64,000 nucleotides of DNA from Longimicrobiales bacterium. GTDB lineage: Bacteria > Gemmatimonadota > Gemmatimonadetes > Longimicrobiales > Gaopeijiaceae. Below are positions 21,406-35,474 of the stretch, piece after piece. A program made the translations under genes and the position numbers. Location: contig JAWLHJ010000003.1 in assembly GCA_041690395.1 (NCBI GenBank), positions 96,001 to 160,000 on the forward strand. Direction: 5' to 3'. The notes below the pieces were generated by a model, which saw only the letters and a program-made list of their open reading frames with translations, did no database searches and was not told the origin of the DNA. Every line of letters starts with the position of its first letter. Positions within the stretch are counted from its first letter, which is position 1.

Positions 21406-22398
21406 ATGAAGAAGCCAACCCCGATGGTCGAGATCGCCGCGACCGGCCGCTTCCTGCCGGAGCAGAGGGTCACCAACGACGATCTGACCAAGCTCTTCGA
21501 CACCTCGGACGAGTGGATCCGGACCCGTACGGGCATCAGCGAGCGGCGCATCGCTCCGAAGGAGATGGCCGCTGCGCACATGGGCTCGGAGGCCGCGAGG
21601 AAAGCGATGGCGAAGGCCGGGGTCGAGCCGGGCGAGATCGACATTCTCATTCTCTCGACCGCCACGCCGGACCGGCTCCTGCCGTCCACGGCCTGCGACG
21701 TCCAGGCGATCCTGGGCTGCAACAACGCCGTGGCCTTCGACATCAGCGCCGCGTGCACCGGCTTCATCTACGGTGTCAGCATGGCCGAGGGGTATCTCGC
21801 CGCGAACCGCGGCGACGTGGCCCTCGTCGTGTCGACCGAGAAGATGAGCGCCATCCTCGACTGGGAAGACCGCTCGACCGCGGTCCTCTTCGGGGACGGG
21901 GCCGCGGCGGCGGTGCTGCGTCGGAGTAACGGCGAGCGCGGGATCCTTGCGAGCCACCTCCGCTCGGACGGGAATCTGGCCGAACTCCTCTACCGTCCGG
22001 CGGGCGGCGCGATGGAGCCCATGAGCGAGGACGTGCTCGCCGGTCGGCGGCACCTGATGCGCATGGAGGGCCGTGAGATCTTCAAGAACGCCGTCCGGTC
22101 CATGGCCGAGGGGTGCGACATCGCCCTCCAGAAGGCGGGACTGACGGCGGACGACGTGAAGCTCCTCGTGCCGCACCAGGCGAACATCCGCATCATCCAG
22201 TCGACGGCCAAGTACGCCGGCATTCCCATGGAGCGCGTCTACGTCAACGTCGACCGCTACGGGAACATGAGCTCGGCGTCGCTGCCCGTCGCACTGGACG
22301 AAGCGCAGGAGGAAGGACGCATCCAGAGCGGCGACAACATCCTTGCGGTCGCGTTCGGCGCGGGCCTGACCTGGGGCGCGCTGGCCATGCGCTGGTAA
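21406..22398 (+). CDS. fabH: 3-oxoacyl-ACP synthase III
   Basis: DTSDEWIRTRTGI, AACTGF, FGDGA, PHQAN, GNMSSAS. Confidence 0.96.
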   Translation: MKKPTPMVEIAATGRFLPEQRVTNDDLTKLFDTSDEWIRTRTGISERRIAPKEMAAAHMGSEAARKAMAKAGVEPGEIDILILSTATPDRLLPSTACDVQAILGCNNAVAFDISAACTGFIYGVSMAEGYLAANRGDVALVVSTEKMSAILDWEDRSTAVLFGDGAAAAVLRRSNGERGILASHLRSDGNLAELLYRPAGGAMEPMSEDVLAGRRHLMRMEGREIFKNAVRSMAEGCDIALQKAGLTADDVKLLVPHQANIRIIQSTAKYAGIPMERVYVNVDRYGNMSSASLPVALDEAQEEGRIQSGDNILAVAFGAGLTWGALAMRW

Positions 22399-22444
22399 CA
22401 CTACCGACGCGCGGCCCGCCCCACTTCCTCAACACCCTTCCAGC

Positions 22445-23371
22445 ATGTCTCTAGCTCTTCTGTTCCCCGGACAGGGGTCCCAGGCGGTCGGCATGGCCCG
22501 GGCTCTAGCGAACGCCGAGCCCGTCGCGGCCGACCTCCTCCGTAGCGCGGACGAGATCCTCGGCGCTCCGCTTTCGACCCTCATGTTCGAGGGTCCCGAA
22601 GACGAGTTGACCGCGACCAGGAACGCCCAGCCGGCGATTCTCGCGCACTCCGTGGCGGTGCTGCGTCTGGTCCGCGACCGCGTCGGCCCCGTCGCGTACG
22701 CGGCCGGACACTCGCTCGGCGAGTTCAGCGCCCACGTCGCAGCCGGAACCATGTCGTTCGAGGACGCGCTCCGGGCGGTGCGGCTGAGGGGCGAGCTGAT
22801 GTACGAGGCCGGCCTCCAGCGCCCGGGCACCATGGCCGCCGTGCTCGGCCTGGACGACGACACGATCACCGAGGTCTGCGCCCGCGTCGACCGTGGCATC
22901 TGCGTGCCGGCCAACTTCAACGCGGACGGACAGATCGTCGTGAGTGGCGACGTTGCGGGGGTCGAGCAGCTGGCGGAGATCGCTCCCGAGGCCGGGGCGA
23001 AGAAGGTCGTGATGCTCAACGTGTCCGGGGCGTTCCACTCCCCGCTCATGGAGCCCGCGGCGAAGGGGTTGAGCGAGCACCTGAAGGGCATCGAATTCCG
23101 GGATCCCGAGATTCCGGTCGTCTCCAACGTAACGGCCGAGCCGGTCACCTCGGGTGCCGAGGCTCGCGAGCTCCTGGTCCGTCAGCTGACCGCTCCGGTC
23201 CGCTGGTCCGCATCGGTCCGCACCATGCTCGAAGGCGGCGTCGACCGATTCATCGAGCTGGGCCCGGGCAAGGTCTTGAACGGCCTCAATCGTAGAAACG
23301 CCAAGGGAGTGTCGTCGACGAGCGTCGGCGAGCCGGAAGACATCCAGCAGTTTCAGGAGGCATCGGCATGA
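22445..23371 (+). CDS. fabD: Malonyl-CoA:ACP transacylase
   Basis: FPGQGSQ, GHSLGE, VSGAFHS. Confidence 0.96.
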   Translation: MSLALLFPGQGSQAVGMARALANAEPVAADLLRSADEILGAPLSTLMFEGPEDELTATRNAQPAILAHSVAVLRLVRDRVGPVAYAAGHSLGEFSAHVAAGTMSFEDALRAVRLRGELMYEAGLQRPGTMAAVLGLDDDTITEVCARVDRGICVPANFNADGQIVVSGDVAGVEQLAEIAPEAGAKKVVMLNVSGAFHSPLMEPAAKGLSEHLKGIEFRDPEIPVVSNVTAEPVTSGAEARELLVRQLTAPVRWSASVRTMLEGGVDRFIELGPGKVLNGLNRRNAKGVSSTSVGEPEDIQQFQEASA

Positions 23372-24111
23372 GCCGGAAAGAGCTCGACGGGAAGATCTCC
23401 ATCGTGACGGGAGGATCGCGCGGTATCGGTCTCGCCATCGCCCGGGCGCTGGCGGAGGCAGGCTCCCGGGTCGCGGTGATCGGGCGGGGTGGGGAACGCG
23501 CCCGCGAGGCGGCGTCGGAGCTGCCGGGCGACGGTCACGCGGGGTACGCCTGCGACGTGGCGGTCGCCGAGCAGGTCGCCGAAACGGTGAAGGCGATCGA
23601 GTCCGACCTCGGCCCGGTCGACATCCTGGTCAACAACGCGGGGATCACCCGGGACAACATCCTCCTCCGGATGAAGGATGAGGAATTCGATGAAGTGATC
23701 GCGGCCAACCTCAAGGGCCCCTTCCTCTTCACGCGAGCGGTCGCCCGTGGCATGATGAAGCGGCGGGACGGTGCGATCCTGAACATCGGGTCGGTCGTCG
23801 GGATCATGGGGAACGCGGGCCAGGCGAATTACGCCGCGTCCAAGGCCGGGTTGGCCGGCCTCACGAAGAGCGTGGCCAAGGAGCTGGGCTCGAGGGGGGT
23901 GCGATGCAACCTGCTCGCGCCCGGCTTCATCCGCACCGACATGACCGACGCGTTGACGGAGGCCCAGGTCGAGAAGCTGAGCTCCGCGATCCCCCTGGGA
24001 GGCCTCGGAGAGACCGAAGACGTGTCGGAAGTGGCGCGGTTTCTCGTAGGACCGGGAGCGCGCTACATTACCGGCCAGGTCATCGCCGTCGACGGCGGCA
24101 TGGCCATGTAG
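23368..24111 (+). CDS. fabG: 3-oxoacyl-ACP reductase
   Basis: [21 protein letters not shown]. Confidence 0.96.
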   Translation: MSRKELDGKISIVTGGSRGIGLAIARALAEAGSRVAVIGRGGERAREAASELPGDGHAGYACDVAVAEQVAETVKAIESDLGPVDILVNNAGITRDNILLRMKDEEFDEVIAANLKGPFLFTRAVARGMMKRRDGAILNIGSVVGIMGNAGQANYAASKAGLAGLTKSVAKELGSRGVRCNLLAPGFIRTDMTDALTEAQVEKLSSAIPLGGLGETEDVSEVARFLVGPGARYITGQVIAVDGGMAM

Positions 24112-24161
24112 CAGGGCCGTACCTTACACGAACCCTAGCAGCATCATACCAAGGAGGAGAC

Positions 24162-24404
24162 ATGAGTGAGCCCACCGAGGCGCGGGTCCGGGAGATCATC
24201 ATCAACGAGCTGGGCGTCGAGCCCGAGAAGGTGACCAACGACGCCTCATTCGTGGAGGATCTCGGAGCGGACTCGCTGGACACGGTCGAGCTCGTCATGG
24301 CGTTCGAGGAGGAGTTCGGTGTCGACATCCCGGACGAGGATGCCGAGCAGATGCGGACCGTCGGAGACGCCATCGACTACCTCAAGAAGCACTCCGAGGG
24401 CTGA
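24162..24404 (+). CDS. acpP: Acyl carrier protein
   Basis: [20 protein letters not shown]; strong AGGAGG ribosome-binding site. Confidence 0.97.
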   Translation: MSEPTEARVREIIINELGVEPEKVTNDASFVEDLGADSLDTVELVMAFEEEFGVDIPDEDAEQMRTVGDAIDYLKKHSEG

Positions 24405-24434
24405 TCGCGACGTCAACGCCGAACGCGAAGGAAG

Positions 24435-25700
24435 ATGGGCAACGATACGAGTGTGAAACCCCGCAGAGTGGTCGTCACCGGCATGGGCGTGATTTCGCCC
24501 GTCGGGAACGACGTTCCTACGATGTGGGAGAATCTCGTCGCGGGAGTCAGCGGCGGAGGGCCTGTGACCCACTGGGAGGCGACGGAGGATTTCGCCTGCC
24601 GGATCGCCTGTGAGGTGAAGGGTTTCGATCCTCTCGACTACCTGGACAAGCGCGAGGCGCGACGGCACGATCGCGTGTCGCAGTTCGCGATCGCCGCCTC
24701 CCAGGAGGCGTTGCGGGGCGCGGGTCTGGAGACGTTGCCGGATTCCGTGAACGGAGACCGTGTCGGTGTGGTCTTCGGCAGCGGCATCGGAGGAATCTCC
24801 ACCTTCGAGGAGCAGCATCGGAAGCTTCTCGAGCAGGGCCCCAACCGCGTCAGCCCGTTCTTCATTCCGATGTTCATCCCGGACATCTCCGCGGGCCTCA
24901 TTTCCATGAAGTGGGGCCTGCGGGGTCCGAACTACGCCACAGTCTCCGCCTGTGCGTCGTCGGCGCACGCGATCGGAGACGCCTCCCGGCACATCCGCTA
25001 CGGTGACGCCGACGTCATGGTGGCGGGCGGTGCCGAAGCGACCATCACGCCGATGACGTTCGCGGGCTTCTCGGCGATGAAGGCGATGTCCACGCGTAAC
25101 GACGACCCCGCCACCGCGAGTCGTCCGTTTTCGTCCGACCGGGACGGCTTCGTGATGGGTGAGGGAGCCGGTGCGGTGGTGCTCGAGGCGCTCGAGCACG
25201 CCGAGGCCAGGGGCGCCGCGATACTGGCCGAGGTGGTCGGATACGGCCTTTCGGGAGACGCGTATCACATCACCGCTCCACCTCCCGAGGGCGAAGGGGC
25301 GCAGGCCGCCATGCGCATGGCGCTGAAGCACTCGGGCGCGAGCGCCGGCGACGTCGACTACGTCAACGCGCACGGCACGTCGACCATGGCGGACGCCATC
25401 GAGACGCATGCCATCAAGCAGGTCCTGGGCGACCGCGCCCGCGAGATCGTGGTGGGGTCGACGAAGTCGGCCACGGGGCATCTGCTCGGTGCCGCCGGCG
25501 CGCTCGAGACGATCGTCTCGATCATGGTCACGCGCACGGGCGTGATCCCGCCCACCATCAACTTCCAGGGTCCGGACCCGGCGTGCGATCTCGAGTACGC
25601 CCACGGAGGCCCCATCGAGCGGTCGGTCGAGCTCGCGCTGTCGAACTCGTTCGGCTTCGGCGGACACAACGTCTGCCTGGCGGTTCGGAAGTGGGTCTGA
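24435..25700 (+). CDS. fabF: 3-oxoacyl-ACP synthase II
   Basis: SACAS, NAHGTST, GHLLGAAG, SNSFGFGGHN. Confidence 0.96.
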   Translation: MGNDTSVKPRRVVVTGMGVISPVGNDVPTMWENLVAGVSGGGPVTHWEATEDFACRIACEVKGFDPLDYLDKREARRHDRVSQFAIAASQEALRGAGLETLPDSVNGDRVGVVFGSGIGGISTFEEQHRKLLEQGPNRVSPFFIPMFIPDISAGLISMKWGLRGPNYATVSACASSAHAIGDASRHIRYGDADVMVAGGAEATITPMTFAGFSAMKAMSTRNDDPATASRPFSSDRDGFVMGEGAGAVVLEALEHAEARGAAILAEVVGYGLSGDAYHITAPPPEGEGAQAAMRMALKHSGASAGDVDYVNAHGTSTMADAIETHAIKQVLGDRAREIVVGSTKSATGHLLGAAGALETIVSIMVTRTGVIPPTINFQGPDPACDLEYAHGGPIERSVELALSNSFGFGGHNVCLAVRKWV

Positions 25701-25710
25701 GCCCCTCTTC

Positions 25711-26199
25711 ATGAGGGTCGGCACCGGGTACGACTCGCACCGCTTCGATCCCGATCGGCCCCTCGTCATCGGGGGTGTTTCCATTCCCGACCACCCCGGG
25801 CTGACCGGACATTCCGACGGCGACGCCGTGGCCCACGCCGTCATCGACGCGGTGCTCGGCGCCGCGGGGGCCGGCGACGTCGGTCGGCATTTCCCACCTA
25901 CCGACGACCGGTGGAAGGGCGCGGACTCGATCGACCTGCTCCGGCGCGCGTCGGACGTCCTGGGGGAGCGGGGGTTCCGGGTCGTCAACGTCGACGTGAC
26001 GGTCGTTTGCGAGACGCCCAAGATCGGTCCTCACGCCGTGGCCATGTGCGGACGTTTGTCCGATGCCCTCGGAGTTCCCTCCGACGCCGTGTCGGTGAAG
26101 GGCAAGACCAACGAAGGCATGGGGTGGATCGGTCGGGGCGAAGGCGTCGCCGTCCACGCGGTGGCACTCGTCGAGCCGGTCGCGACGGCTCGCGGCTGA
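25711..26199 (+). CDS. ispF: 2-C-methyl-D-erythritol 2,4-cyclodiphosphate synthase
   Basis: GYDSH, HSDGD..HA..DA, VKGKTNEG. Confidence 0.94.
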   Translation: MRVGTGYDSHRFDPDRPLVIGGVSIPDHPGLTGHSDGDAVAHAVIDAVLGAAGAGDVGRHFPPTDDRWKGADSIDLLRRASDVLGERGFRVVNVDVTVVCETPKIGPHAVAMCGRLSDALGVPSDAVSVKGKTNEGMGWIGRGEGVAVHAVALVEPVATARG

Positions 26200-26262
26200 G
26201 CCGGGAGGGGCCGTGCATCACCGGGCCCGCCCGTCTTCGCCCGATGGGCCGGAGGATGGCGC

Positions 26263-26874
26263 GTGAGCGCACTCCTCGACTGGATGCTCGGTATCCCGCC
26301 CGGCCTGGCGTACCTCCTGCTCGGCATCGGCGCCGCGCTGGAGAACATCGTTCCCGCGGTGCCGGCCGACACCTTCGTAGCCCTCGGCGGACTCCTCTCG
26401 TCGCTCGGTGACCTGGACGCCCGCGTCATCTTCCTGGTGACCTGGGCGGCGAACGTGGCGTCGGCGCTCGTGACCTATCGCCTGGGATACGTGTACGGCC
26501 GGAGCTTCTTCGAGCACGGGTTCGGGCGGCGCCTGCTCGCCATGCACCAGGTGGAGCGCATGGATGCGTTCTACGCACGCTGGGGGCTCTTCGCGATCTT
26601 CTTCACCCGATTCCTCCCCGGACTGCGGGCCATCGTGCCGGTGTTCGCCGGGGTGACGCACCACGGCTTCGTGCCGGTCGCCATTCCCCTGGCGACGGCT
26701 TCGGCCATCTGGTACGGCGGGCTCGTCTGGCTGGGCGCCTTCGCGGGTCGAAACCTCCACCTCCTCACGAGCCTCCTGGAGCGCCTCAACAGCACCCTGG
26801 GCATGGTGGCGCTCGTCCTCGCCCTCCTCATCGGCGTCTGGTGGTGGCGGACGAGGCATCCCCCCGATGGCTGA
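26263..26874 (+). CDS. DedA family membrane protein
   Basis: LENIVPAVPAD, RFLPGLR motifs; hydrophobic. Confidence 0.88.
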   Translation: MSALLDWMLGIPPGLAYLLLGIGAALENIVPAVPADTFVALGGLLSSLGDLDARVIFLVTWAANVASALVTYRLGYVYGRSFFEHGFGRRLLAMHQVERMDAFYARWGLFAIFFTRFLPGLRAIVPVFAGVTHHGFVPVAIPLATASAIWYGGLVWLGAFAGRNLHLLTSLLERLNSTLGMVALVLALLIGVWWWRTRHPPDG

Positions 26875-27769
26875 CGCGGACAGGGCCTTCCGGACCGACA
26901 TGTTCCGGGAGTACATGGTCTTCGAGCGGGGGCTCTCCGAGCGAACGGTCGACGCCTACCTCGGCGACCTGCGGAAGCTTTTCACGCACCTCATGGCAGA
27001 GGGCGTGGAGCGCCCCGAAGCGGTTCGACCCGAGCACGTCCGCGGGTGGGTGGGCGGGCTGAGGAGCGGGGGCTTGGCGCCGGCCTCGGTACGACGCGCG
27101 CGGTCGTCGGCGCGGACTTACTTCGGGTTCCTGTTGGCCGAGGGGGTCATCGACACCGACCCGACGGAGCACCTGCAGGCGCCGAAGGTCGACCGGAAGC
27201 TTCCCGACTACCTCACGGTGGACGAAACGATGCGCTTGCTGGAGGCGCCGGATCCCGATCGTGAGCTCTACTGGCGCGACCGGGCGATGCTCGAGGTCCT
27301 CTATGCGACCGGTATGCGCGTGTCGGAGCTCACCGGGCTCACGCTCGGCCTCCTGGACCTGGACGAGGGCTTCGCCACGGTCTTCGGGAAGGGCTCCAAG
27401 GAGCGGCTCGTGCCCATTGGTGCCCCCGCCTTGAGGGCGCTACGGCGCTACCTGGGCGAGGTGCGTCCTCGTCTGGACCGCGGGTCGGGGAAGAGGATCG
27501 TGTTCCTGACCGCCAGAGGGCGTCCGATCCGGAGGGAGTCGGTGTGGCGTGTCGTCCGCGACGCCGCCCGTCGGGCGGGCCTCGAGCGGGATGTCTCCCC
27601 CCATACGCTCCGCCATACGTTCGCGACCCACCTCGTGGAGGGCGGCGCCGATCTGGCGGCCGTCCAGGAGCTCCTCGGACACGTGGACATCAGCACGACG
27701 GAGATCTACACGCATGTGGACCGCGCCTACCTGCGCGAGGTCCACAGGCGCTTCCACCCCCGGCGCTAA
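26867..27769 (+). CDS. xerD: Tyrosine recombinase XerD (XerC not excluded)
   Basis: RDRAMLEVLYATGMRVSEL, GKGSKER, HTLRH, LGH.DISTTEIYTH. Confidence 0.88.
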   Translation: MADADRAFRTDMFREYMVFERGLSERTVDAYLGDLRKLFTHLMAEGVERPEAVRPEHVRGWVGGLRSGGLAPASVRRARSSARTYFGFLLAEGVIDTDPTEHLQAPKVDRKLPDYLTVDETMRLLEAPDPDRELYWRDRAMLEVLYATGMRVSELTGLTLGLLDLDEGFATVFGKGSKERLVPIGAPALRALRRYLGEVRPRLDRGSGKRIVFLTARGRPIRRESVWRVVRDAARRAGLERDVSPHTLRHTFATHLVEGGADLAAVQELLGHVDISTTEIYTHVDRAYLREVHRRFHPRR

Positions 27770-27845
27770 TGGATGCCGGGGCGGGAGCGCCGGCCCCCGT
27801 TGGGCGGGCGGGGACGCGACCCGAGATGTGGGGTGGAGCGGCGCG

Positions 27846-29480
27846 CTAGCTCGGGCTCTCGCCTCGCGTCGTGGTCGAATCCGCTCGGGCCCGGTCCGCT
27901 TCCAGGAACAACTCCGCCTGGGTGCTCGACGTCGTGAGCAGGCGGATCGCTTCCGAGAGCACGGGGTCCCGCTCCTGGCGGACGCTGGCCTCGGCCCCGA
28001 TGTCGTCCATGCGCTGCGCGATGGCCACACGCACCCGCCATCTCAGATAGTCCAGGATCTCCTGGTCCTCGATGAGCGCGGGATCGAGGCCTTCCGTGAC
28101 GAGCCCGTCGGTGAACGCCTCGAACTCGCCGGGGGCCAGCTCCGGTCCGCCTTCGGACGCGAGCCGTTCGGCCGCGATCTGGAAGCCGTGCTCCACGATG
28201 CGCTGCGCGAGGGGGAAGTCCGCTTCGATGGTGGCTCGGAGGAATTCCTGCTCGTTGGTCGTGAGGGTGTCGTCCTGCAGGGCCATGTCGGGGAAGATGC
28301 CGCCACCGTCCACGAGCGTCCGGCCACCCGGCGTCGTCACCCGACGCAGCGTGTCCGGGTCCTCGTCGAGCGGCCGCATCTCGTTGTCACGATCGCGCTG
28401 CAGCGAGCGACCGAGGGGCGTCATCCAGGACCCGGTCGTGAAGCGGAGACGGCGACCGTGCGGAAGCGGCATGACCGTCTGTACCACGCCCTTGCCGAAG
28501 GTGCGCTCGCCGAGCACCAGGGCCCGGTCGTAGTCCTGCAGCGCTCCGGCGAGGATTTCGGCGCCGGAGGCCGTGTACTGGTCCACGAGGATCACGATGG
28601 GAAGATCCGGCACCATCTGCGGCCAGCGATCGGTGAAGGAGTCGGTGTCGGGCTCCTCCGCCGAGCCGCCCGGTGCGCGCTGCACGGTGCTGGCGAGCGT
28701 CGATCCGGGCTCGAGGAAGAGGTCCGCGAGCATCAACGACTCGTCCAGGAATCCGCCGGGGTTCCTACGGAGGTCGATGATCAGGCCCCGATGTCCCTGC
28801 AACTCCTGGAGGGCCTCGTTCATCTCCCGGGCCGCGTTGCGGGCCACACGGTCCATGGCGACGTAGCCGATGCCTTCTTCGAGAACGCCGTAGCTCACCG
28901 CCGGCACGTGCACTTCCGCCCGGGTGATGTCGAAGGAGAACGGCTCGTCGTAGCCGGCCCGGCGAACGTCGACGTTCACGGAGCTCCCGGCGGGCCCGCG
29001 GATGGAATCGGCCGTCATGCCGGTGCTCCAGTCCGAGGCGTCGTGCCCGTCCACGCCGACGATCACGTCACCCACCAGGATTCCCATCTCGCTCGCGGGG
29101 AAGCCACGGAAGACGCCCGTGACCGTCACTTCCTCGTTGAGCAGCGTGATCTGGAGCCCGATGCCCGAGTAGTTTCCGGTCGTCGCCTCCTCCCACTCGT
29201 CCGCTTCCGCCGGCGTGAACAGCTCGGCGTACGGATCGTCGAGGGACGCGATGAGCCCGTCGATGGCAGCCTCCCAGAGGAGCGAGTCGTTGAACTCGTC
29301 CATGTGCATCCGGGAGATGGCATCCACGGCGCCCGCGAGGACGTCGACGGCCGGAGCCTGATTTCCGTTCTCCCCTCGGTTGGGGCGGTCGGCCTGCTGG
29401 GCCGACAGCCCCGTCGCGCTGAAGGCCATGATGCCGAAGGCCATGGACAGGAAGACGGCGGGGGTGGTTCGGTTCTTCAT
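27846..29480 (-). CDS. S41 family carboxyl-terminal processing protease with PDZ domain
   Basis: Signal peptide, LDDPY, GIG, DLRRNPGG, ASGAEI, GERTFGKG. Confidence 0.92.
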   Translation of the reverse strand: MKNRTTPAVFLSMAFGIMAFSATGLSAQQADRPNRGENGNQAPAVDVLAGAVDAISRMHMDEFNDSLLWEAAIDGLIASLDDPYAELFTPAEADEWEEATTGNYSGIGLQITLLNEEVTVTGVFRGFPASEMGILVGDVIVGVDGHDASDWSTGMTADSIRGPAGSSVNVDVRRAGYDEPFSFDITRAEVHVPAVSYGVLEEGIGYVAMDRVARNAAREMNEALQELQGHRGLIIDLRRNPGGFLDESLMLADLFLEPGSTLASTVQRAPGGSAEEPDTDSFTDRWPQMVPDLPIVILVDQYTASGAEILAGALQDYDRALVLGERTFGKGVVQTVMPLPHGRRLRFTTGSWMTPLGRSLQRDRDNEMRPLDEDPDTLRRVTTPGGRTLVDGGGIFPDMALQDDTLTTNEQEFLRATIEADFPLAQRIVEHGFQIAAERLASEGGPELAPGEFEAFTDGLVTEGLDPALIEDQEILDYLRWRVRVAIAQRMDDIGAEASVRQERDPVLSEAIRLLTTSSTQAELFLEADRARADSTTTRGESPS

Positions 29481-29670
29481 GGGGCGCCCTTTGGGTCGTG
29501 CGATTCACACCGGAGTCGTTAGACACCCGGAAAACCGGCTCGTTCCTCGAACGAAAGCGATCGCACGTGTACGCTGCAACCCTCGCGCCAAACAGATACC
29601 TTTCCGTCTTCGCTCGCGACGGACGGCCATCCCGCTCCGACCGACCAACACCAGACTGCTCGACGAACCC

Positions 29671-31467
29671 ATGCGCTCAGGCAATCCCGCGACGCCGCTT
29701 CGTGTCGGACTCGCCCAGATCAAACCGACCAAGGCCGATGTCGCGGCCAATCTCGCCAGGGTGGGGGCACTGATCGACGCCCACGCCGCGGACGTCGACG
29801 TGCTGCTCTTCCCGGAGACCTGTCTCTCGGGATACTTCCTGGAGGGAGGCGTGTCCGAGGCGGCGCTGTCGGTCACCGAGCTCGTGGAGGGACTCGGCGC
29901 GCCGGGCCCCGACGCTCCCGACGTGGCGCTCGGCTTCTACGAGACATGGAACCGGCGCGTCTACAACAGCGCCGCCTACGTGGAGCCGGCCGGGGACGGA
30001 TGGAAGGTCCGGCACGTCCACCGGAAGCTGTTCCTGCCCACGTACGGCGTCTTCGACGAAGGGCGCTTCGTGGAGGCGGGGGCGTCGGTGGAGGCGTTCG
30101 ACACGCGCTTCGGGCGCTTCGGCATGCTCGTATGCGAAGATGCCTGGCACTCGCTCGCAGGGACGGTCCTGGCGGTGGGCGGTGCAGAGCTCATCCTGGT
30201 CCCGAGCGCGTCGCCGTCCCGCGACTTCCGACCCGCAAGTGGTGGGAGGCCGTCCAACCTCGCCCGGTGGGACCAACTCGCGCCGGGCATGGCGACGGAA
30301 CACGGCGTCTTCGTGGCGGTCGCGCAGCTCGCCGGTTCCGAGGGCGGAAAGGTTTTTCCGGGTGGATCCGTCGCCGTGGATCCCCATGGGGAGGTCCTGG
30401 GGCGTGGTCCCATGTACGAAGAGGGCGTCACCGTGGTGCCCATGGACGCGGGTGCGCTCCAGCGGGCCCGTTCTGCCGCCCCGCTCCTGTCGGATCTCGA
30501 GCGGATGCTTCCCAGGCTGGAGCGCTCGCTCCAGCGGGCGCACGCCCAGGCCGAGACCAAGCACCGGGGCGACGTGGCGGAAGTGGCCACGATGCCCTTC
30601 GTCGGAAGGATATCCGACGCCGCACGGTCGGTCGCGGAACGGACGCCCGAGCTGTCGATGGAGTTGGATCTCGAGCTCGTGGAGCGCACGCTGGTCGAGT
30701 TCATCCGGGAGGAAGTACGCCGCCGGCGTGGCTTCGAGCGCGTCGTGGTGGGCGTCTCGGGCGGGGTCGATTCGGCCGTCTCGCTCTTTCTCGCCTGCCG
30801 CGCCCTGGGACCGGAGAACGTCCAGGGCTTTCGCTTGCCGTACAGGACGTCGAGCCAGGAGAGCCTCGATCACGCCGCCCTGGCGCTCGAGGCCGTGGGC
30901 GCGCCTTCGAGCACCATCGACATCTCGGAGCCCATCGACCGGTACGTGGAGCGCTACGAGCCCGACCTGTCCCCGACTCGCAAGGGCAACCTGATGGCCC
31001 GACTGCGCGCCGTGGTGCTCTTCGACCAGTCCGCGAAGCTCCACGCGCTTCCCCTCGGCACGGGAAACAAGAGCGAGCGACTGCTCGGCTACTTCACCTG
31101 GCACGCCGACGACTCCCCGCCCATCAACCCGATCGGGGACCTCTTCAAGACCCAGGTATGGGCCCTCGCCCGCCACCTCGGGGTTCCCGACGCCATCGTC
31201 GACAAGCCGGCGACGGCCGACCTGGTGCAGGGGGTGAACGACGAGGACGAGCTCGGGGTCGCCTACCATACGGCGGACCCGATCCTGATGGCGCTCCTGA
31301 GCGGGCACCGGAAGGACGACCTTCCCGCGCTCGGCTTCGACCCGGCGGATGTCGAGGTGGTGTGGCGTCGTCTCAGCTCGACCCACTGGAAGCGGGAGCT
31401 GCCGACGGTCGCGGTCCTCTCGTCGAGCGCCATCGGCGCGTTCTACCTGCGGCCCGTCGACTACTGA
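29671..31467 (+). CDS. nadE: Glutamine-dependent NAD+ synthetase
   Basis: Nitrilase E-K-C triad (FPE, HRKLFLPTYGVFDE, CED) fused to SGGVDS, GNKSE, PIGDLFKT synthetase domain. Confidence 0.93.
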   Translation: MRSGNPATPLRVGLAQIKPTKADVAANLARVGALIDAHAADVDVLLFPETCLSGYFLEGGVSEAALSVTELVEGLGAPGPDAPDVALGFYETWNRRVYNSAAYVEPAGDGWKVRHVHRKLFLPTYGVFDEGRFVEAGASVEAFDTRFGRFGMLVCEDAWHSLAGTVLAVGGAELILVPSASPSRDFRPASGGRPSNLARWDQLAPGMATEHGVFVAVAQLAGSEGGKVFPGGSVAVDPHGEVLGRGPMYEEGVTVVPMDAGALQRARSAAPLLSDLERMLPRLERSLQRAHAQAETKHRGDVAEVATMPFVGRISDAARSVAERTPELSMELDLELVERTLVEFIREEVRRRRGFERVVVGVSGGVDSAVSLFLACRALGPENVQGFRLPYRTSSQESLDHAALALEAVGAPSSTIDISEPIDRYVERYEPDLSPTRKGNLMARLRAVVLFDQSAKLHALPLGTGNKSERLLGYFTWHADDSPPINPIGDLFKTQVWALARHLGVPDAIVDKPATADLVQGVNDEDELGVAYHTADPILMALLSGHRKDDLPALGFDPADVEVVWRRLSSTHWKRELPTVAVLSSSAIGAFYLRPVDY

Positions 31468-31515
31468 CGTCGACCGACTACATTCCAGCGGCACATCCCC
31501 CCGTTATCGACGCAC

Positions 31516-32094
31516 ATGCTCCTCGTCATCGACAACTACGACTCGTTCACGTTCAACCTCGTCCAGCTGCTCGGCGATCTCGGCGAGGACCCCGTGGTCT
31601 TCCGAAACGACGAGCGGACGGTGGCCGAGCTGACGGCAATGGAGCCCGAGCGCGTCGTGGTGTCGCCGGGCCCATGCACTCCGGCGGAGGCCGGCGTGAG
31701 CGTGGAGCTCATCCGGACGTTGGGCGAGCAGGGGGTCCCCGTGCTGGGCGTATGCCTCGGGCACCAGAGCATCGGGGAGGCCTTCGGCGGCCGGACCATA
31801 CGAGCACGCCGCACCATGCACGGGAAGACCGGTCCGATCCGACACGACGGCCGGGGCATCTTCGAGGGCCTTCCCGAGCGTTTCGACGTCGCCCGGTACC
31901 ACTCCCTGGTCACCGACACGGCCGCCCTCCCCGCCGTTCTCGTCCCGGTCGCGTGGAGCACCGCCGCGGAGGACGAGGGAGAGATCCAGGCGATGCGTCA
32001 CCGGGAGCTGCCGGTGTGGGGTGTTCAGTTCCATCCGGAGTCGCTGTTCAGCGAACACGGGTCGACACTTCTCGGGAACTTCCTGAAGCTGTGA
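31516..32094 (+). CDS. Anthranilate/aminodeoxychorismate synthase component II (TrpG/PabA)
   Basis: IDNYDSFT, SPGP, GVCLGHQ, RYHSL, GVQFHPES. Confidence 0.94.
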   Translation: MLLVIDNYDSFTFNLVQLLGDLGEDPVVFRNDERTVAELTAMEPERVVVSPGPCTPAEAGVSVELIRTLGEQGVPVLGVCLGHQSIGEAFGGRTIRARRTMHGKTGPIRHDGRGIFEGLPERFDVARYHSLVTDTAALPAVLVPVAWSTAAEDEGEIQAMRHRELPVWGVQFHPESLFSEHGSTLLGNFLKL

Positions 32095-32105
32095 CGGCCG
32101 CCGGC

Positions 32106-32135
32106 TTGACCCTCGCCCCCGCGGGCCCGTAGCTT
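32106..32135 (+). promoter_or_regulatory. Putative sigma70 promoter for the kdsB-rlpA operon
   Basis: TTGACC-18 nt-TAGCTT in the intergenic gap. Confidence 0.55.
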
Positions 32136-32187
32136 TTGGCGTGGATTTTGCAGACACGTCCCGCGCCTTCGGCTTCGGGGCAGTCCG

Positions 32188-35470
<3,283 letters not shown>

Positions 35471-35474
<4 letters not shown>

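Noticed and set aside
26867..27769. xerD as a prophage or island integrase
   Set aside because: About 300 aa with housekeeping Xer motifs, embedded in a core operon, with no flanking mobile genes.
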